Assembly: GCA_958009085.1 (NCBI GenBank) | Contig: OY253672.1 | Span: 744,001-808,000 of the forward strand | Length of the DNA stretch: 64,000 nucleotides | Source of the DNA: Protoeuglena noctilucae | Lineage: Eukaryota | Direction of reading: 5' to 3' | Part shown: one piece after another, positions 1 through 12,168 of the stretch | How positions within the stretch are numbered: the first letter of the stretch is position 1 | Layout: each line of letters begins with the position of its first letter | Translations under genes and position numbers: made by a program | Notes under the pieces: model-generated | Seen by the model: only the letters and a program-made list of their open reading frames with translations | Told to the model about the DNA's origin: nothing | Databases searched by the model: none

Positions 1-568
1 GCGTCACCGGGAAGCTGCTCATGGGCCTGAACAGCCGGGAGATGTACATCTTGGACGAATACGAGGACGACGACTACGACCGCGTCGAGACGGTGGCGGT
101 CGAGGCGAGGGGCGAGCAGCCGAGGGTGCTCCTCGGCTCTGGCTCTGCAGGCCTTACCACGCTCCGCGTCGACGTGCAGCTGGTTACGCATCGTCGCTCC
201 CCTGGGTCCCTCCTGCCTGCAGGAGGGCACGGGACAGGAGCACCCCGCTGCCATTTACCTCTGGGTGGACCGCCTCAAGTCTGACCTCGAGGGCGAATGG
301 GACTACGACACGTTCAAGCGGGTGAACAAGGCCAGGTGCGACTCTCGCGGGACCGTACCGTGCTGTGCCCCAGTCGCACTACTGCCTCACATCCACCCCA
401 CTGCTCGTCAGTACATTGCCTCAGAGATCCAGCTCAGCATTGCAAATGGTCATAAACCTTGCCCGCAGTTACGTCGACATGGTGTCTCGGTTCGTGGCGA
501 AGGACCTCCCGGGCCTTCTGGAGCGGCGCAGGGCCGGTGCAGCAGCGGGCGCAGCAAACAAGAACTAG
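1..568 (+). CDS. AIG2-like / gamma-glutamylcyclotransferase-fold protein, 3' part (5' end outside window)
   Basis: Exons ~1-104, 223-335 and 469-568 give VTGKLLMGLNSREMYILDEYEDDDYDRVETVAVE..AIYLWVDRLKSDLEGEWDYDTFK, matching the AIG2 pattern V.G..L.G....E...LD.yE...Y.R...Y.W......G.WD. Confidence 0.75.
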
Positions 569-673
569 GGGGCTTTAGACCTGTTCTGCGACTACCCCTG
601 CAACTAGACACGCTATTGCTACCGATTAACTAACACGGCCAAGCATGCTGCACGTGAGCTAACACAGTTGCAA

Positions 674-2513
674 TCACTGTCGTGTACGGTGCAATGCGCG
701 GATGCCAGGCATGCCCCGGCCCTCAATCAGCTCCAGGCTCGCCCCGCCGCCCGTGCTGATGTGGCTGAACTGCCTGCCGCACCCGCACTGCTCGACGGCA
801 GCCGCGCTGTCGCCGCCGCCGACGATCGTCACCGCTCCCCGCGCCTTGCCCTCCGCCACGGCCCGCAGCACCGCCTGCGTCCCGCCCTCATACACCCCCA
901 CCTCAAACTTGCCCATCGGCCCATTCCAAAAAATCGTCCGGCTGCATGAGACGAGGACCTCCTCAGTCACGACCCCACCTGACGATCGCATCCAATGAAC
1001 CCTAGTAACCCTTGCAGCTCCCCTCACCAGGTCTGCAAGCTGCGTGCGTACAGCTCTGCCGTCTCGGGCCCCACGTCCCCGCCGTAGAGCCCCGGGCGCA
1101 CGCATGGGCTGTCCGGGCCGCAGCAGCCGGGATACACGCGGACGACCTCCGTCTTCGCGCCCTCTTCAAGGGTATCCCCGGCCATGACATCCACGGGGAG
1201 GAGGAAGCGCACGCCGCGCTTAACGGCCTTGTCGAGGATCTCCCGGGCCAGGCCCACCTTATCGACCTCCACCAGGGTCTGCAGAAAGAGTGGGTGGGGA
1301 TGACTAGGATGCACGGATGACAGTGGCATGGGCTCCGCTGCAAGATGGCAATCGCAGTGTGTCTGCCAGCTCACTGCCTCATGCCCGCGTGTCTGCAAGT
1401 CCCACCTGGCCGACATGGATGCCCTCGGCTGCAAGGAACGTGAAGGCCATGCGGCCGCCCAGCAGGATGCAGTCAGCGATGTCAATCAGCGCCTGCAAGG
1501 TCGAGGTGGATGGAATCATCTCACACCCCGGCGTGTCTGCGTGACTGCCCGCAGTGGCTCAGGAAAGCGCTGCCTCAGTCACACAGCGAGCAATTCGTCA
1601 CTCACTTTGAGCACGCCGATCTTGTCGGCCACCTTGGCGCCCCCCACGACGCAGCAAAAGGGGCGTTGCGCCTTCCACATGGCCGCCGTGAGGAAGCGGA
1701 CCTCCTGCCGCAGCAACAGGCCCGGGTAGGCCTCCGCGGCCAGGGATGCGATGCCGCTGACGGACGCATGGGCGCGGTGGGCGGCCCCGAAGGCATCCAG
1801 CACCACCACGTCGGCGCGGCTGGCGTCGAGCAGGGCACGCGCGAAGGCCTCGTCGTTCGCCTCGTCGCCTGCGTGGAAGCGGGTGTTTTCCAGGACGACG
1901 AACTCGCCGGCCTGCAGTTGCGTCACGGCCGCGTGCACCGCCGGGCCCACGCAGTCGTCCACGAATCCCCGGAAGGCCGCCGGCCGCTCGCGCGCGAAGA
2001 AGTCCGCCACCGGCCGCAGGGAGAAAGCCGCCGCGTGCGTCCCGGGCTCCGGACGGCCCAGGTGGGAGAAAACAGCCACCCGCGCCCCCCCGTGCAAGAG
2101 GCAATCGAGGGTGGGGAGGCTGAGCCGGGCGCGCGAGTCGTCACGGATGACGAAGCCTCCCTCTGGGCCCTCCCGGAGAGGCACATTCAGGTCGCATCGC
2201 AGGAGAACGTATCGTCCATTGAAATCAATCTTGCTGATGTCTGCATCTTCGCTGGGGTCGCAGGAAGAAGCGGGGGCGGTGATAGGGAGTGCTGCGCAGT
2301 TTGGCGCAGTCTCGCCGCGACCGCGCTCAGTTTTGCTGCTCACCTGAGAACGTGTTCACAAGCGGTCACCAAATCCTTGTCCGGGCCCGCTGGAGCCGCC
2401 TCGCTGGGAGCAGCGCTGGCAAGCGCAGCCTGTGCTTTGGCCAGGACTGGGTGCATCGGCAGCCCCCTGGCCAGGTGGTCGCATCCTCCGCCGCAGCAAC
2501 TCATGCCGGGCAT
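674..2513 (-). CDS. PGK: Phosphoglycerate kinase-like protein (arsenic-cluster associated), ~5 exons, Cys-rich N-terminus
   Basis: Motifs [65 protein letters not shown]; start at ATG 2513 or 2504 ([10 protein letters not shown]). Confidence 0.92.
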
Positions 2514-2824
2514 CCCCTTGCCAAGCCAAGCAACTTCAGCGACTTGCGTGGACGCAGAAGTGGGTGCAGCGATGGTCACAAGCTTCAAGCTTGACGGCTC
2601 TGCGCAGTTTAGCAGGCGGCTATTCTCCCGATGACTCACTGCATCAAAAACACACACGTGGAAGTGCCACCCACGGTGAAAATAAAAAAAACGCTAGCAA
2701 ATCACGCCGCACGCCAGCAAAACACTGGCAAGGCTGGGCGCATCTGCGATTCCTTGCAGACATCAACGCTTCAAACCTGTGCATTTGCATCTTCCTTACG
2801 GTGATCTCCACGCAGCGCCGCGAG
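2514..2824. promoter_or_regulatory. Putative bidirectional promoter between divergent PGK and GAPDH
   Basis: ~310 bp between head-to-head start codons; AT-rich tract at ~2680-2691 and CACGTG box at 2655-2660. Confidence 0.45.
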
Positions 2825-4334
2825 ATGCCCAGCTCCGGCAGCAGGCCCATGAGGGTCGGGATCAACGGCTTTGGGAGGATCGGGAGGCTCGCGTTTCGCT
2901 GCGCCTGGGAGCACCCAGAGGAGGTGGAGGTGGTGCATGTGAATGAACACCCTGGCGCCCTTGAAAGCAGCGCCTACTTGCTAAAATTCGACTCGGTGCA
3001 TGGTCCGTGGGTGAGGCATCGGCCCCGCGCGCTTGTGGGCCCGCTTTGGGCCTGTTTATGATGCACATTCAGCGCATCTGCACGTGTACCGCAGCGTCCG
3101 GCGGTGGAGGCGGAAGGGGGCTGCATGGTCGTGCGGGATGGCTCCCGGACGGCCACCGTGACGTACAGCCAGGCGCCCTCGCCAGGCGGGATCGACTGGG
3201 CCGGCAAGGGCGTCGACATCGTGCTCGAATGCTCCGGGGCGTTCCTCACGAGGGACGAGCTCCAGCCTTTCTTCGACAAGGGCGTGCGCAAGGTGGGACC
3301 TTGCGGTGCTGGATGGCGACGCAGGGCTGATGCGTTGCCAGTGCGCCCATCTACAAGCGCCGATCGTATTCATAACACTCGCGCTGGCAGGTGGTCGTGT
3401 CGGCGCCCGTCAAGGACCCCAACCCGGTGCTCAACATCGTTGTCGGCTGCAACGACCACGCCTACGACCCCGCCAAGGACCATATCGTCACTGCGGCCTC
3501 GTGCACCACCAACTGCCTGGGCCCGGTCGTCAAGGTGAGAACCCCTAGGACCCTCCGCGCCGCTTCACGCAAGCGCGGCTCTCCTTAGCTCTTGCGCGGC
3601 ACGATGCCTTGCACCTCGACAGGTCTGCAGGTCCCTGCAGGCTGCCCGACGACTGCCCTCCCCGCAGGTGATCCACGAAAAGATCGGGATCGTGCGTGGC
3701 AGCATCACCACGGTGCACAACGTGACCAACACGCAGACGATCGTGGACGCCCCCAACGCGAAGAAGTCCGATTTGCGACGCGCACGCTCGGGCCTGGTCA
3801 ACCTGGCCCCGACCACCACGGGGTCCGCCACTGCCATCACCCTCATCTTCCCGGACCTGAAGGGCAAGCTGAACGGCCACGCCATCCGCGTGCCCTTGAT
3901 CAACTCTTCCATCACCGACTGTGTCTTTGAGGTCAAGGTAAGGCGCCCTGGGTTGCATTCAAGGCGCAGCGTCGGCCGTTGTTGCTCTCAACGAGAGGGG
4001 CGCGTTGCTTTGCATGCATATGGCGCCCGGCGGCACGGGCACACATGTCGAGGTGCGCCGTGCTCCTTCGCAGAGGCCCGTGATGGTGGAGGAGGTGAAC
4101 AAGCTTTTCGAGGAAGCATCGAAGACGTACCTCCGCGACATCTTGGGCTACGAGACCCGCCCGCTCGTCTCGACGGACTTCGTCAACGACCCCCGCAGCA
4201 GCATCGTGGACGCTTTGTCGACTATGGTGGTGGACGGCACGCACGTCAAGGTCTACGCGTGGTACGACAACGAGTTTGGATACGCGAACCGCATGCTCGA
4301 CATCTGCCGCATGGTGGCCAAGAGCCTCGCGTAG
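2825..4334 (+). CDS. GAPDH: Glyceraldehyde-3-phosphate dehydrogenase, ArsJ-associated subtype, 5 exons
   Basis: [10 protein letters not shown]; catalytic ASCTTNCL; subtype-like stretches [79 protein letters not shown]. Confidence 0.95.
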
Positions 4335-4420
4335 CGGCGCAACTAGACACGGGGCGGAGCGTCCTGCATGCTTGCGCACTAGATGTTACTCGTTCAAACA
4401 CGACTGATTTATGCGCAACG

Positions 4421-6906
4421 TTACGAATCTGCACCGTCCGCGGCGCCCTCTGCCACCTTGCCGCCCTCCTCCTCCCCTTTCACAAGGGGCAGCGCGCCGC
4501 AGTAAAGGCCCCCGTCATCGTCTCCTGGCACGAAACGCACCAGCACTCTGCAAACATGCGGACATCCAGGTCAGGCGGCGAGCAGTCAAGCTTTGGGTGG
4601 GACAGGCGGGAGGGCAGCTGTGAAACGTGGAGCGAGGGGATGGAGCCTGCTCAGGGTGAGCCTTGCAGGACCGCCCGCTAAGTGCTCATGACCGCTCACC
4701 CTGCAAGGACGCTCGCGACGGAAGCGGCCCAGAAGCACGCAGCGAACCCGTCCACCGGGCCGTCGCCCACGGACGAGTAGAGGGCGCCAGAGACGAGCGT
4801 GCCAGTGAAGCGGCCGACGGCGTTGGCCATGTAGTAGAACCCAACGTTCATGGCCACCTTGTCCCCGTCGCTGTATTTGACGATGAGGTAGGAGTGGATG
4901 GCGCTGTTGACGGCGAAGATGAGCGCGAAGAGCACTGGGGGCGGGAGCAGGTACGGGCGAGTTGCCGGCACACTGCTACCTTCAAGAGACCCGCAGCGGA
5001 GAGCGAGTGCTGCTGCCTGGCATTGGTCAGGAGATACCTGACTGGGTTGGGAGCTAGAATGCATCATAAAGACTGCTATAACCGAGTCAGGAAGCCGCGC
5101 GTGGCTGTCTCACCGAGGGAGGCGGCGAGGACGGCCACCATGGCGGGGATCTGTCGGTCGTGGAAGATGCCGCTCCATTGGAGGAAAGACCCCGCGAAGA
5201 GCGGGCATGCGACGAGGAGCAGGGCCCACAGCATGGCGTGGTGCTTGTTGGCGGGGAACTGGCGGAGGGGCTGGAGGATGAGGTGGGGTGACCAGGACTG
5301 CACTTGGCCGTACAGCACGATCCACCCGGCCAGGAAGGCGCCGACGGCTTGGCGGGGCCAGCCGAGGCCCACGAGGCGGTCGCGGAAGAAGAAAGGGAGC
5401 GGGACTTCGAACCAGAGGTCGCGGGACATGAAGAGGAAGGCGCGGGCCTGCGGGGAGACAGGGCGCGACAGGGGGCGGTGAGCAACGATAGGGGACCGTG
5501 AGCGACAGCATGGAGCAGCATGGAATGGAGCGGCAGGGTCGCGGCCGGCGCCACGGACTCGCCAGGGACAGCCAGTTGACGCGCGGGTTCTTGCGGAAGA
5601 TGGACGAGAGCCTGAGGTTGTCCTTGCGCGTGCGACCGAGGTCGCGGCTGAGGCCCAGGGCGGCCCAGGGGATGGCAATCAAGATGAGGATTTCCAAAAA
5701 GACGAGGGCCGCGGTGTAGGACCACAGGAGGAAGGCCGAGCCGAGAAAGTAGCCCAGTCCCTTGAGACTGTTCTTCCACCCTGTGATGAGCGACACGAGC
5801 TTGAACAGCCGCCCCTGCTTCTCCTCCGGCGTCACGAGCTTGGTCACCGTCTTGCCGCCCAGCTTCGTCAGGTCCTTGGCCACGCCCGACAGCATCTGCG
5901 GGGGCGGGGAGGGTTTTGGTCCGCAGCCGCCACTTGCGCATCCGGTGATGAGAGGCCCGGGCGCCACGCCCCGCACCTGCGCGATCGTGACGTACAGGAT
6001 GGCCGTGCGCTTGGGCCACCCGTCGTGCCAGCCGAAGAGGAGGCCGATCCCCGCCAGCTGCAGCGTCAGGCCCGTGAGCAGCGTGGACTTGATGCCCCAG
6101 TTGGCGCCTGCTATCCCGGCAAGCAGGTTCGTCACGACGCCCGCCGCTTCGTAGAGCGTGAACATGACGGCCACCTGCCACGCCGAGAAGCCCTGCGGTG
6201 ACGGGCGGGGCACAGAGCCGTCAGGGCTGGGTGGAATGCTGGTGCGTGTGTTGTACACAGCCGGTATGGTGAGATTCCCACCTTGTTGTAGGCATGCAGG
6301 AGCACGATCATGCGCAGGGCGCCATCGGTGATGGTGAAGAGAAGGTAGGACAGGCTCATGATGACGAACGGCATCAGCGCCTTCCGCCTCGCCTGCGAGC
6401 GTGACAGGCGGAGACGTGGCGTGTTTGCGCACGTGATCACGACCTGCGGGAATGCCCGTCGTCGAAAGAACTCGCCTCCGCTGCCCCGGGCTCCCTGGCC
6501 TTCTTTGCCGACGGAGAAGGACAGTCAGTGGGCGGGCGCTGCGAGGTGCTCCTCCGCCGCACGACCACCACGGTTTTGGTGAGCAGGGGGACCTCGGGAG
6601 CGTTGGCTTGGAACACCCGCACTTCCACTTGGCGCTCGCCCTCGCTGTCGCGGAACTGAGGGACAGCAAGGCAGACAAATTGGCCTCCTTGCCGCGCGTT
6701 ACGCCTGGCTTGCAGCGCCTGACGTAAGTGCAGCTTTGCGTCACCTCTATGGCGGGGACGATGCACTCATATTCCCCGTCCTCGGTCCGTTTGGCGGGGA
6801 CGGATGCGCCATCGAAGTTGCAGAGGACTGCAGACCCGGCCGCCACGCTCGCGGCGCAGCGGCAGCTAGACCCCGGCGAGAGCACACTCTGCGCCGCGGG
6901 CGGCAT
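4421..6906 (-). CDS. arsJ: ArsJ-family organoarsenical efflux MFS transporter with N-terminal extra domain, ~8 exons
   Basis: ArsJ signatures [90 protein letters not shown]; last exon ends ..GADS* at 4421. Confidence 0.92.
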
Positions 6907-7872
6907 TTGCTGGATGCAGATGACGGTGGGGGGCGCCCGGATGTGTGTAAATGCTATTTTCCCCCGTGTTTGGAGGATATTTCTCGGGTGGAAGGATGCC
7001 GGGCGGTATCTTGCTTTCCTAGCAGCCGCGCGGGAGGAGGTGCTAAGCCAAATCTTGCCATCCGCGCCTTGGTCAGGTCAGACAGTCGGACGGGTACGGC
7101 AATTGCCAGCGCCCTCAAAGCGCCCACGACCCGGGCGACGTGCTCATGTATCTCCATTCGCGTCGTTGAGCGTCGCTGGACCGCGGGAGACGACCCTCGC
7201 ACGGCTTTCGGCCACCTACCAGGTGAAAGGCTAATGGTCGCATGCCGCCACCTTGCATGTCCCGGCCCCCGTCTCGTCGCCGCGGCTGCTTTACGACATA
7301 TGTGCAAGGCCTGGGGGCGCCCCCTATGGTAGCCTGGCGTGGCGCCTGGGTCAACAGCATGTCTGCGCCTGGGACGGCCGCTGGGCGTCACGGGCCGGCG
7401 GACTCCGGGGTCGGGGCCCATGCCGCCGTTTAAATTGACGTTTAGCCCCACTGCGCTCTCTTGGGGGGGCGATCGCTGGCCGTCGCATGCGGGGGGACCC
7501 GACATGTGGCACCTGCCCGGGGAGCATGTGCAGCCGCCCTCTCGCGTCTAACCCGGCTTGATCGGTTTCGAATTTCCTAGACTATTCCGCTCGGGTGTCT
7601 CATTTCCCCTGAGCGCCCGCGGATGAGCTTCCCCCGCGTTTCCTTGCTTGTGCTCTTGACCTGGAGCCACGGCCCGCGCGAGGGGTTTCCGGCGCGTTTG
7701 CGCGGCACATTCGCTTGTGGATGTGTATTGCTACGGCATGCTGGTGTCGAACGCCGTGGGCGGGCCGCCGGAGCGCGTGGCGGGCTCGCGCTGCGACCAA
7801 ACCGTGCCCTCTGCCCTCGCCATCCCGCGGGATCACGCCTGCACATCCCGCTGCCGCAGGAACACGAGCAAG

Positions 7873-9287
7873 ATGACGAAGGTCGTCGAGGAGGGCACGG
7901 CCGACATCCAGGCCCGCTACGACCAGGTGCATGGGGGAAGGGTTTTGCACGCTTTTTTTGGCCGCATGCGATCTGCCGACTTCGCCAGCCCTCGCCACGC
8001 TCCCGCTGCATCAGCATTCCCATGACAATGTGGCGAATTGCGATCCGGCGAGGGGCTCCGGTTTGCTCCAGCCGCACCCGCCATGTCTGTACAAGGCTGA
8101 CCTCCGTCCCGCCCCCTTTTGGCCCTGCAGCTCCAGACGACGGAGTCCGTCAATGAGCGCATCGACCTCATCAAGCCCAACACGGGCTGCAGCTGCTGCT
8201 TCAAGGCGAGCGCATGCCCGGGCACAATAGAGCACAGTCCCTCTGCGGCGTCCCTAGAGCACACGCCCAAACCGCCGCCACCTTCCCGCCCCTCGCAGCA
8301 CCCGACCAACAACTTCTACAACCAGCACTTCCTCCGGGGCCTGTCGATGGAGAAGCTGAACCTGCCGGCCACCATCAAGGACGAGCGCCTGCTGGGGCAG
8401 TTCAAGGGCCAGGACATCAACGCCATCCTGGGCTGCTGCGCCAAGTTCTGCTGCTACACGAACTTCGCCAACACCAAGACGGTCGGGATCCTCGTGACGA
8501 CGCAGCGCATGGTCATCATCGACGACAACCTCGTCGAGATCGGCTCGAGCTGCTGCAACCTCTCGGACATCTACCGCTCCGCGGGCGTGAACGAGACCCG
8601 GACCATCCTCTGGCAGGACGTGAGCGCTGCGCCAGCCCTGCGCCCCGCAGCCGCCTGCCACGCTCGCCCGACGCGGCCCAGCCCGCAACGAAAAACGTCC
8701 CCCGCCGCCCTCCGCAGGTCGAGTCGATCAAGCGCTACAGCGCCCGCGCCCGGGAGATGCGCGGCATCTGCTTCGGCTGCTGCCGCTCGTGGGCCTCGAA
8801 CGAGTCGGTCCGCGTCATCATCAAGCTCCGCAGGCCCAAGAACCTCATCAACGACCTCTGCGGCGCCCTGCCCGCGGTCCCCGTCCCCGGCTTCCCCGAC
8901 CCGTACACGATCAACCTCTCCGTGCGCGCCAGCGAGTCGGACGACCTGCTCAACGCCGTGTACGAGGGCCACAGGCACTACTGTGAGTGCCTGCATCCGC
9001 GTGGGCGGGCGTACATGTTCACGATGCGCATCTCGACCACACGGCGAGTTTCATCATGCCAAAACCTCCCCTGCCTGCAGCTTACCGCCCGCCCATGTTC
9101 AACATGCCGCTCAACGACAACCTCCCCAAGCCCCTGGTGAGGCACTTGCGCCCCACAGCGCCGGGGCAGGCCATTTCGCGTGCATGGGGCACACCGTCAC
9201 TCCTCCTCACCCCCGTCGCGCTCGCAGTCCGAGCTGCCCGTCAGCGGGTCGGCGCCCTTCCTGCTGTACATGTCCCGCCACAAGTGA
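7873..9287 (+). CDS. Hypothetical protein with several Cys-Cys clusters and a possible PH-like core, ~6 exons
   Basis: High-GC3 codon-biased exons joined by canonical or GC-AG introns: MTKVVEEG..GCSCCFK..GCCAKFCCY..ILVTTQRMVIID..SSCC..ICFGCCR..LYMSRHK*. Confidence 0.7.
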
Positions 9288-9694
9288 GCGGCTATCAAGG
9301 GGCGTGGGTGCCCCGGGGGGTCCGCGGCAAGGGATGCCGTGCAACGCCGCGATCGCATGCACACGTTAAGCTACGTTAAGAGGCTGAGCTAGTGTGATCC
9401 GTGATAGTGTGCTACAGATATCGGTGGGAATAATCGGGGGTGTGGCAGATAGGCGACGCGGCGCGTTGAAGTATCAGGCGCAGGCTTCTGTGCTTGTCGG
9501 TCCTTCAACTCCTCGGGTCTTGTCCCACCGGGAACCTGCTGGTACCAGCAGGCGCACATGTTATGCTCCCAAACGGAGGGGCACCCGCGACGCGCGGCTG
9601 CGGGGCGGAACGCGAGCGCAAGGCCCGCGCCCTCGCCGGGCAGTCGTCCCCCCTTGGTTTTCACATGCTGGAAGCCACCGCCCCGACCGCCAGC

Positions 9695-11010
9695 TCAGTA
9701 GATGCGGATGGGCTCGCCCATCGTGGACTTGATGTACAGCGACCGGACGTTCTGCCAGTTCTTCTTGAGCAGCGAGACCAGGAAGTTGACGGCCATCTGC
9801 AAGAAGCGGCACGCGCCGTTGTGTCAGATGCGGACTGCGCAAGGGTCAGGTACCACCCAACCCTAACCGGCGACGGGTCGTCACATGCACGTGCGTGGGG
9901 AGGGGGCGTCCGAGCAGGCGCCCCGGCGGCTGCTGACGCGCTCGTCACCTGGATGTTGACGTACAGCTGCTTCTCCTCCATGTTGACGTTGCCGACGGCC
10001 ACGCCCAGGCAGAGGACCTTCTTCAGCTGGTACTTGATGGTGGCCTTCATCGTCTCGACGGCCTCGTCCATGCTCTGCCCGTGCGCGATGAGCGTGGGGA
10101 ACTTGCCGGCCTTGTTGAGGCCGGGGCCCAGCAGACGGGGGATGACCTTGATGACGCTGTCCGAGGCCAGGAAGCCCGCGTACTTGTCGGCCAGCTTCTT
10201 CACGAGCTTCTTGTTCTTGTTGAGCTGCGAGGGTCAGGAAAGCGAGCGCCCTTCAGCACATGCCCGGAAGGCGCCCGCGGGCGAGGGCAGCCGGCAGCCA
10301 GCGCCGTCCCACACCTTCTTGAGGTCGTCCACCGACATGGCGTCGACGCCAATGGCCGCGGCCTGCTCGCAGTGCTTGACATCGCCCAGCACGCAGATCT
10401 TCAGGTTGGGCCGGGGCGTGAAGGGCAGCTTGACGGAGCCGGAGAAACGCTTGTCCTTCTGCGGGTCGTAGTTCTTCAGGCCGATCTGCAGCTCGATGGT
10501 CTCCACGAACTTCCTCGGCTTGTCCTTGGCCTTCTGGAGCAGCTCTGAGGGAAGCGAAGGCGAGGGACCCGGTCCGCGCGGAGCCCGGCGCACTTTGGGC
10601 CTCCCTGCAAGGCCCCGCGCCCGAGGCAGGCCCGTTCGGCAGGCGCCTGACCCCGGCCTCGACAAAACCAAACGTTCGCTTCAGCTCGGAGGGCTAGGGG
10701 CGCGAGAGGACGCGCGACCGAGATGCGGCAGCGGGTCGCCGTCGTGGGGGGCCGCTCTCGGAACACGGAGCCCCGAACCGCGCGCGCCTGGCACCGCAAC
10801 CAAAGAAACAATGCGCTTGGCGCAGAGGAGCGCTCGGCGGCCATCCCGCTGCTCCGGGAGGCGCAGCGCGAGCCGACTGCCGGCGCCAGCTACGGGGGAC
10901 CAGCGCGCGGGCCATCTGAGGCACTAACGTCGGCAAATGACCCCCATGACCCGCCCTGGAGCCTCACCCAGGATCTGCTCGCGCAGGTTATCGGGGTTGA
11001 TCTTCGACAT
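9695..11010 (-). CDS. RPL10A: Cytosolic 60S ribosomal protein uL1 (L10a)
   Basis: [75 protein letters not shown]. Confidence 0.97.
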
Positions 11011-11385
11011 GGCTTTTCCTCCTCAGGTGACCCGGTGTGGACCCGACACGACCCCCCCGAGAGAAGAGCGAGGGCGAAGGGGCGCCCGCGCTCTTGGCGG
11101 CCAAAACTGCAGGGGCAAACCCGCCAGGAGACGCAAATCGCGAAGCGGCTGGATTATGTGCCACTGGGCGCGCATCCCCTGTCAGCGTTGAGCTGAGGAA
11201 CGTGAGGCTTTCACTACTTCCGTGTTGGGAGCTGTCACGGAGCCCGAGAGGCACGCTCACCCGTAGGCCCAGGCAAAGTCCGGCTCTGCGCTGCGGATTC
11301 TCACGCGCAAGGCTTTAGCCCCCTTCGGAGTTACGCGCGGGCAGGGCAGTGGGGTGGGCCACGTCGCCCACCCCGGCGGGCGGCC

Positions 11386-12168
11386 ATGGCGGGAGCGGCC
11401 GGAGCGGCGGGCAAGCAGGTCGCCAGGCGCATGAAGCTCATCGTGGGAGCAGGTGCATGCCGTTGCCGCGCTTCCAACCCGCCGGATGATCCGCTTGCTG
11501 CCCAGGGAACGCAGCGCGCTCATCCAAGCGGGCTCCCTTTGCCCACACAGGGCAAGCGAAACCAGCTCCGCCCGTGGGCCCGGCCATCGGCCAGGCGGGC
11601 CTGAACCTGATGATGTTTTGCAAGGACTTCAACGCCCGCACGGCGCAGTTCGCGCCCGACACGCCCCTGAAATGCTACGTGACGGCCTACACGGACAAGA
11701 CGTACGACATGAAAATCCTCCTGCCGCAGGCGCGTGGGCGAGGGCCACCGTGGCGCAGGTCATCTGCTTGCCAGTCCATGTCGCGTCGTCACGGTGGATG
11801 GATGTGACTGCATTCCCAACGCTTGCCTTCCGCAGACGTCCTGGTTCATCAAACGGGCGGCAGGGCTGGACCTCGGGGCGGCCACCCCGGGCCGAGAGGT
11901 GAGGGCCGTGACTTGCTATGTGGCACCGTGCCCTCTGTCCTGTAGCGGCACACCGCCCTCGTGCCTCGTTGACCCCCTGCAGACGGTCGGCGTCGTCACG
12001 CTGAAGCATGTGTACGAGATTGCCCGTGCCAAGATGCCCGAGTTCCCCAAGCGATTCACGCTGGCTACCGTGTGCCGCACGGTCATCGCCCAGTGCCGCT
12101 CGATGGGCGTCGCTGTCGTGGCGGACGAGGAGGCGGCCGTGGCTCGGTATCCGCAATGCAAGGGTTGA
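11386..12168 (+). CDS. RPL11: Organellar (probably mitochondrial) ribosomal protein uL11
   Basis: KLIVGAG|QAKPAPPVGPAIGQAGLNLMMFCKDFNART..TSWFIKRAAG..VTLKHVYEIARAK..CRSMGV. Confidence 0.9.

Noticed and set aside
7140..7535. Repeated CATGT-like words upstream of arsJ as arsenic/phosphate response elements
   Set aside because: CATG/GCATGC words are common in non-coding DNA throughout the window; no clear P1BS (GNATATNC) site noticed
9695..12168. uL1 next to uL11, echoing the bacterial rplK-rplA operon
   Set aside because: uL1 is the cytosolic eukaryotic type, uL11 is organellar, and they are divergent; not an operon relic, although they may share a promoter
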